NCBI GenBank assembly: GCA_963804305.1
Contig: CAWDPR010000004.1
Span: 121,429-185,428 of the forward strand
Length of the DNA: 64,000 nt
Direction: 5' to 3'
Origin: an uncultured Acidimicrobiaceae bacterium
GTDB taxonomy: Bacteria; Actinomycetota; Acidimicrobiia; Acidimicrobiales; RAAP-2
Both the position numbers and the translations under genes were made by a program. This document shows, in pieces, positions 63,693 through 64,000 of this stretch. The notes beneath the pieces are model-generated. The model was not told where the DNA came from. It did not search any database and saw only the letters and a list, made by a program, of their open reading frames with translations. Every line of letters begins with the position of its first letter. Positions within the stretch are counted from its first letter, which is position 1.

Positions 63693-64000
63693 AGACGGGA
63701 GTACTCGTCATGGCCTACGGCACGCCGACGACCCGCGACGACGTGGAGGCCTACTACACGAGGATTCGACACGGCCGACCTCCGACCCCGGAACTCCTCG
63801 CCGACCTCACCCGTCGCTATGACGCGATCGGTGGCACCTCTCCCCTCGCGAAGCGCACCGCCGACCAGGTGGCCGGGATATCGCGGGTGCTCGATCACGT
63901 GGCGCCGGGCGAATTCGACGTTCGCTTTGGATCGAAGTACGAGCCGCCCCTCCTCGAGACGGCGGCGGCGTCGTTTCGCGAGGAGGGGTTCAGCCACGTC
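63689..64000 (+). CDS. hemH: Ferrochelatase / coproporphyrin ferrochelatase, 3'-partial at the window edge
   Basis: MKTGVLVMAYGTP....V..YY..IR.GR.P....L..L..RY..IGG.SPL. The ATG overlaps the hemE stop (ATGA), and the frame is open to the window end. Confidence 0.85.
   Translation, partial: MKTGVLVMAYGTPTTRDDVEAYYTRIRHGRPPTPELLADLTRRYDAIGGTSPLAKRTADQVAGISRVLDHVAPGEFDVRFGSKYEPPLLETAAASFREEGFSHV

Overview
Densely coding, high-GC chromosomal segment with about 63 CDS and one tRNA. It looks actinobacterial: two WhiB regulators, a ctaE-qcrC-qcrA-qcrB block, F420-type enzymes and a UPF0182 / Lon-PDZ / DUF2342 neighbourhood. Layout: (1) 0-9.3 kb, a cell-envelope island with a sortase and its substrate, a Thr-rich secreted protein, and an OmpA-like gene followed by a beta-propeller-PKD-polytopic membrane gene. 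(2) 9.5-24 kb, mixed redox and housekeeping genes (F420 nitroreductase, AKR, SDR/TetR pair, msrB-msrA, PhzF, Asp-box propeller protein, DMFase-like). (3) 24.6-32.1 kb, the most interesting locus. It is a translationally coupled six-gene module resembling complex I and group-4 hydrogenases. Its 'large subunit' carries Ser/Gly at all four [NiFe] cysteine positions (Ehr-type, substrate unknown). An ArsR regulator lacking the CxC metal-site motif and two unknown membrane proteins lie directly downstream on the same strand. (4) 32.2-34.2 kb, a lower-GC islet with a mazEF-like toxin-antitoxin pair next to initiator tRNA-fMet. (5) 34.3-50 kb, conserved actinobacterial cell-biology genes: UPF0182, a DivIVA protein with an unexpected Mu-F/SPP1-gp7-like C-terminus, Lon-PDZ, MreB-like, WhiB x2 and an AAA+/VWA pair. 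(6) 50.8-56.1 kb, the hut operon. (7) 56.2-64 kb, qcrCAB-ctaE, helD, hemE and hemH. No transposase, integrase, CRISPR array or rRNA was seen. Caveat: five single-nucleotide frame disruptions interrupt conserved genes (the NuoCD-like gene, qcrA, qcrC, and helD twice). Assembly indel errors explain this better than gene decay. All family calls come from motif recognition by eye; no searches were run.
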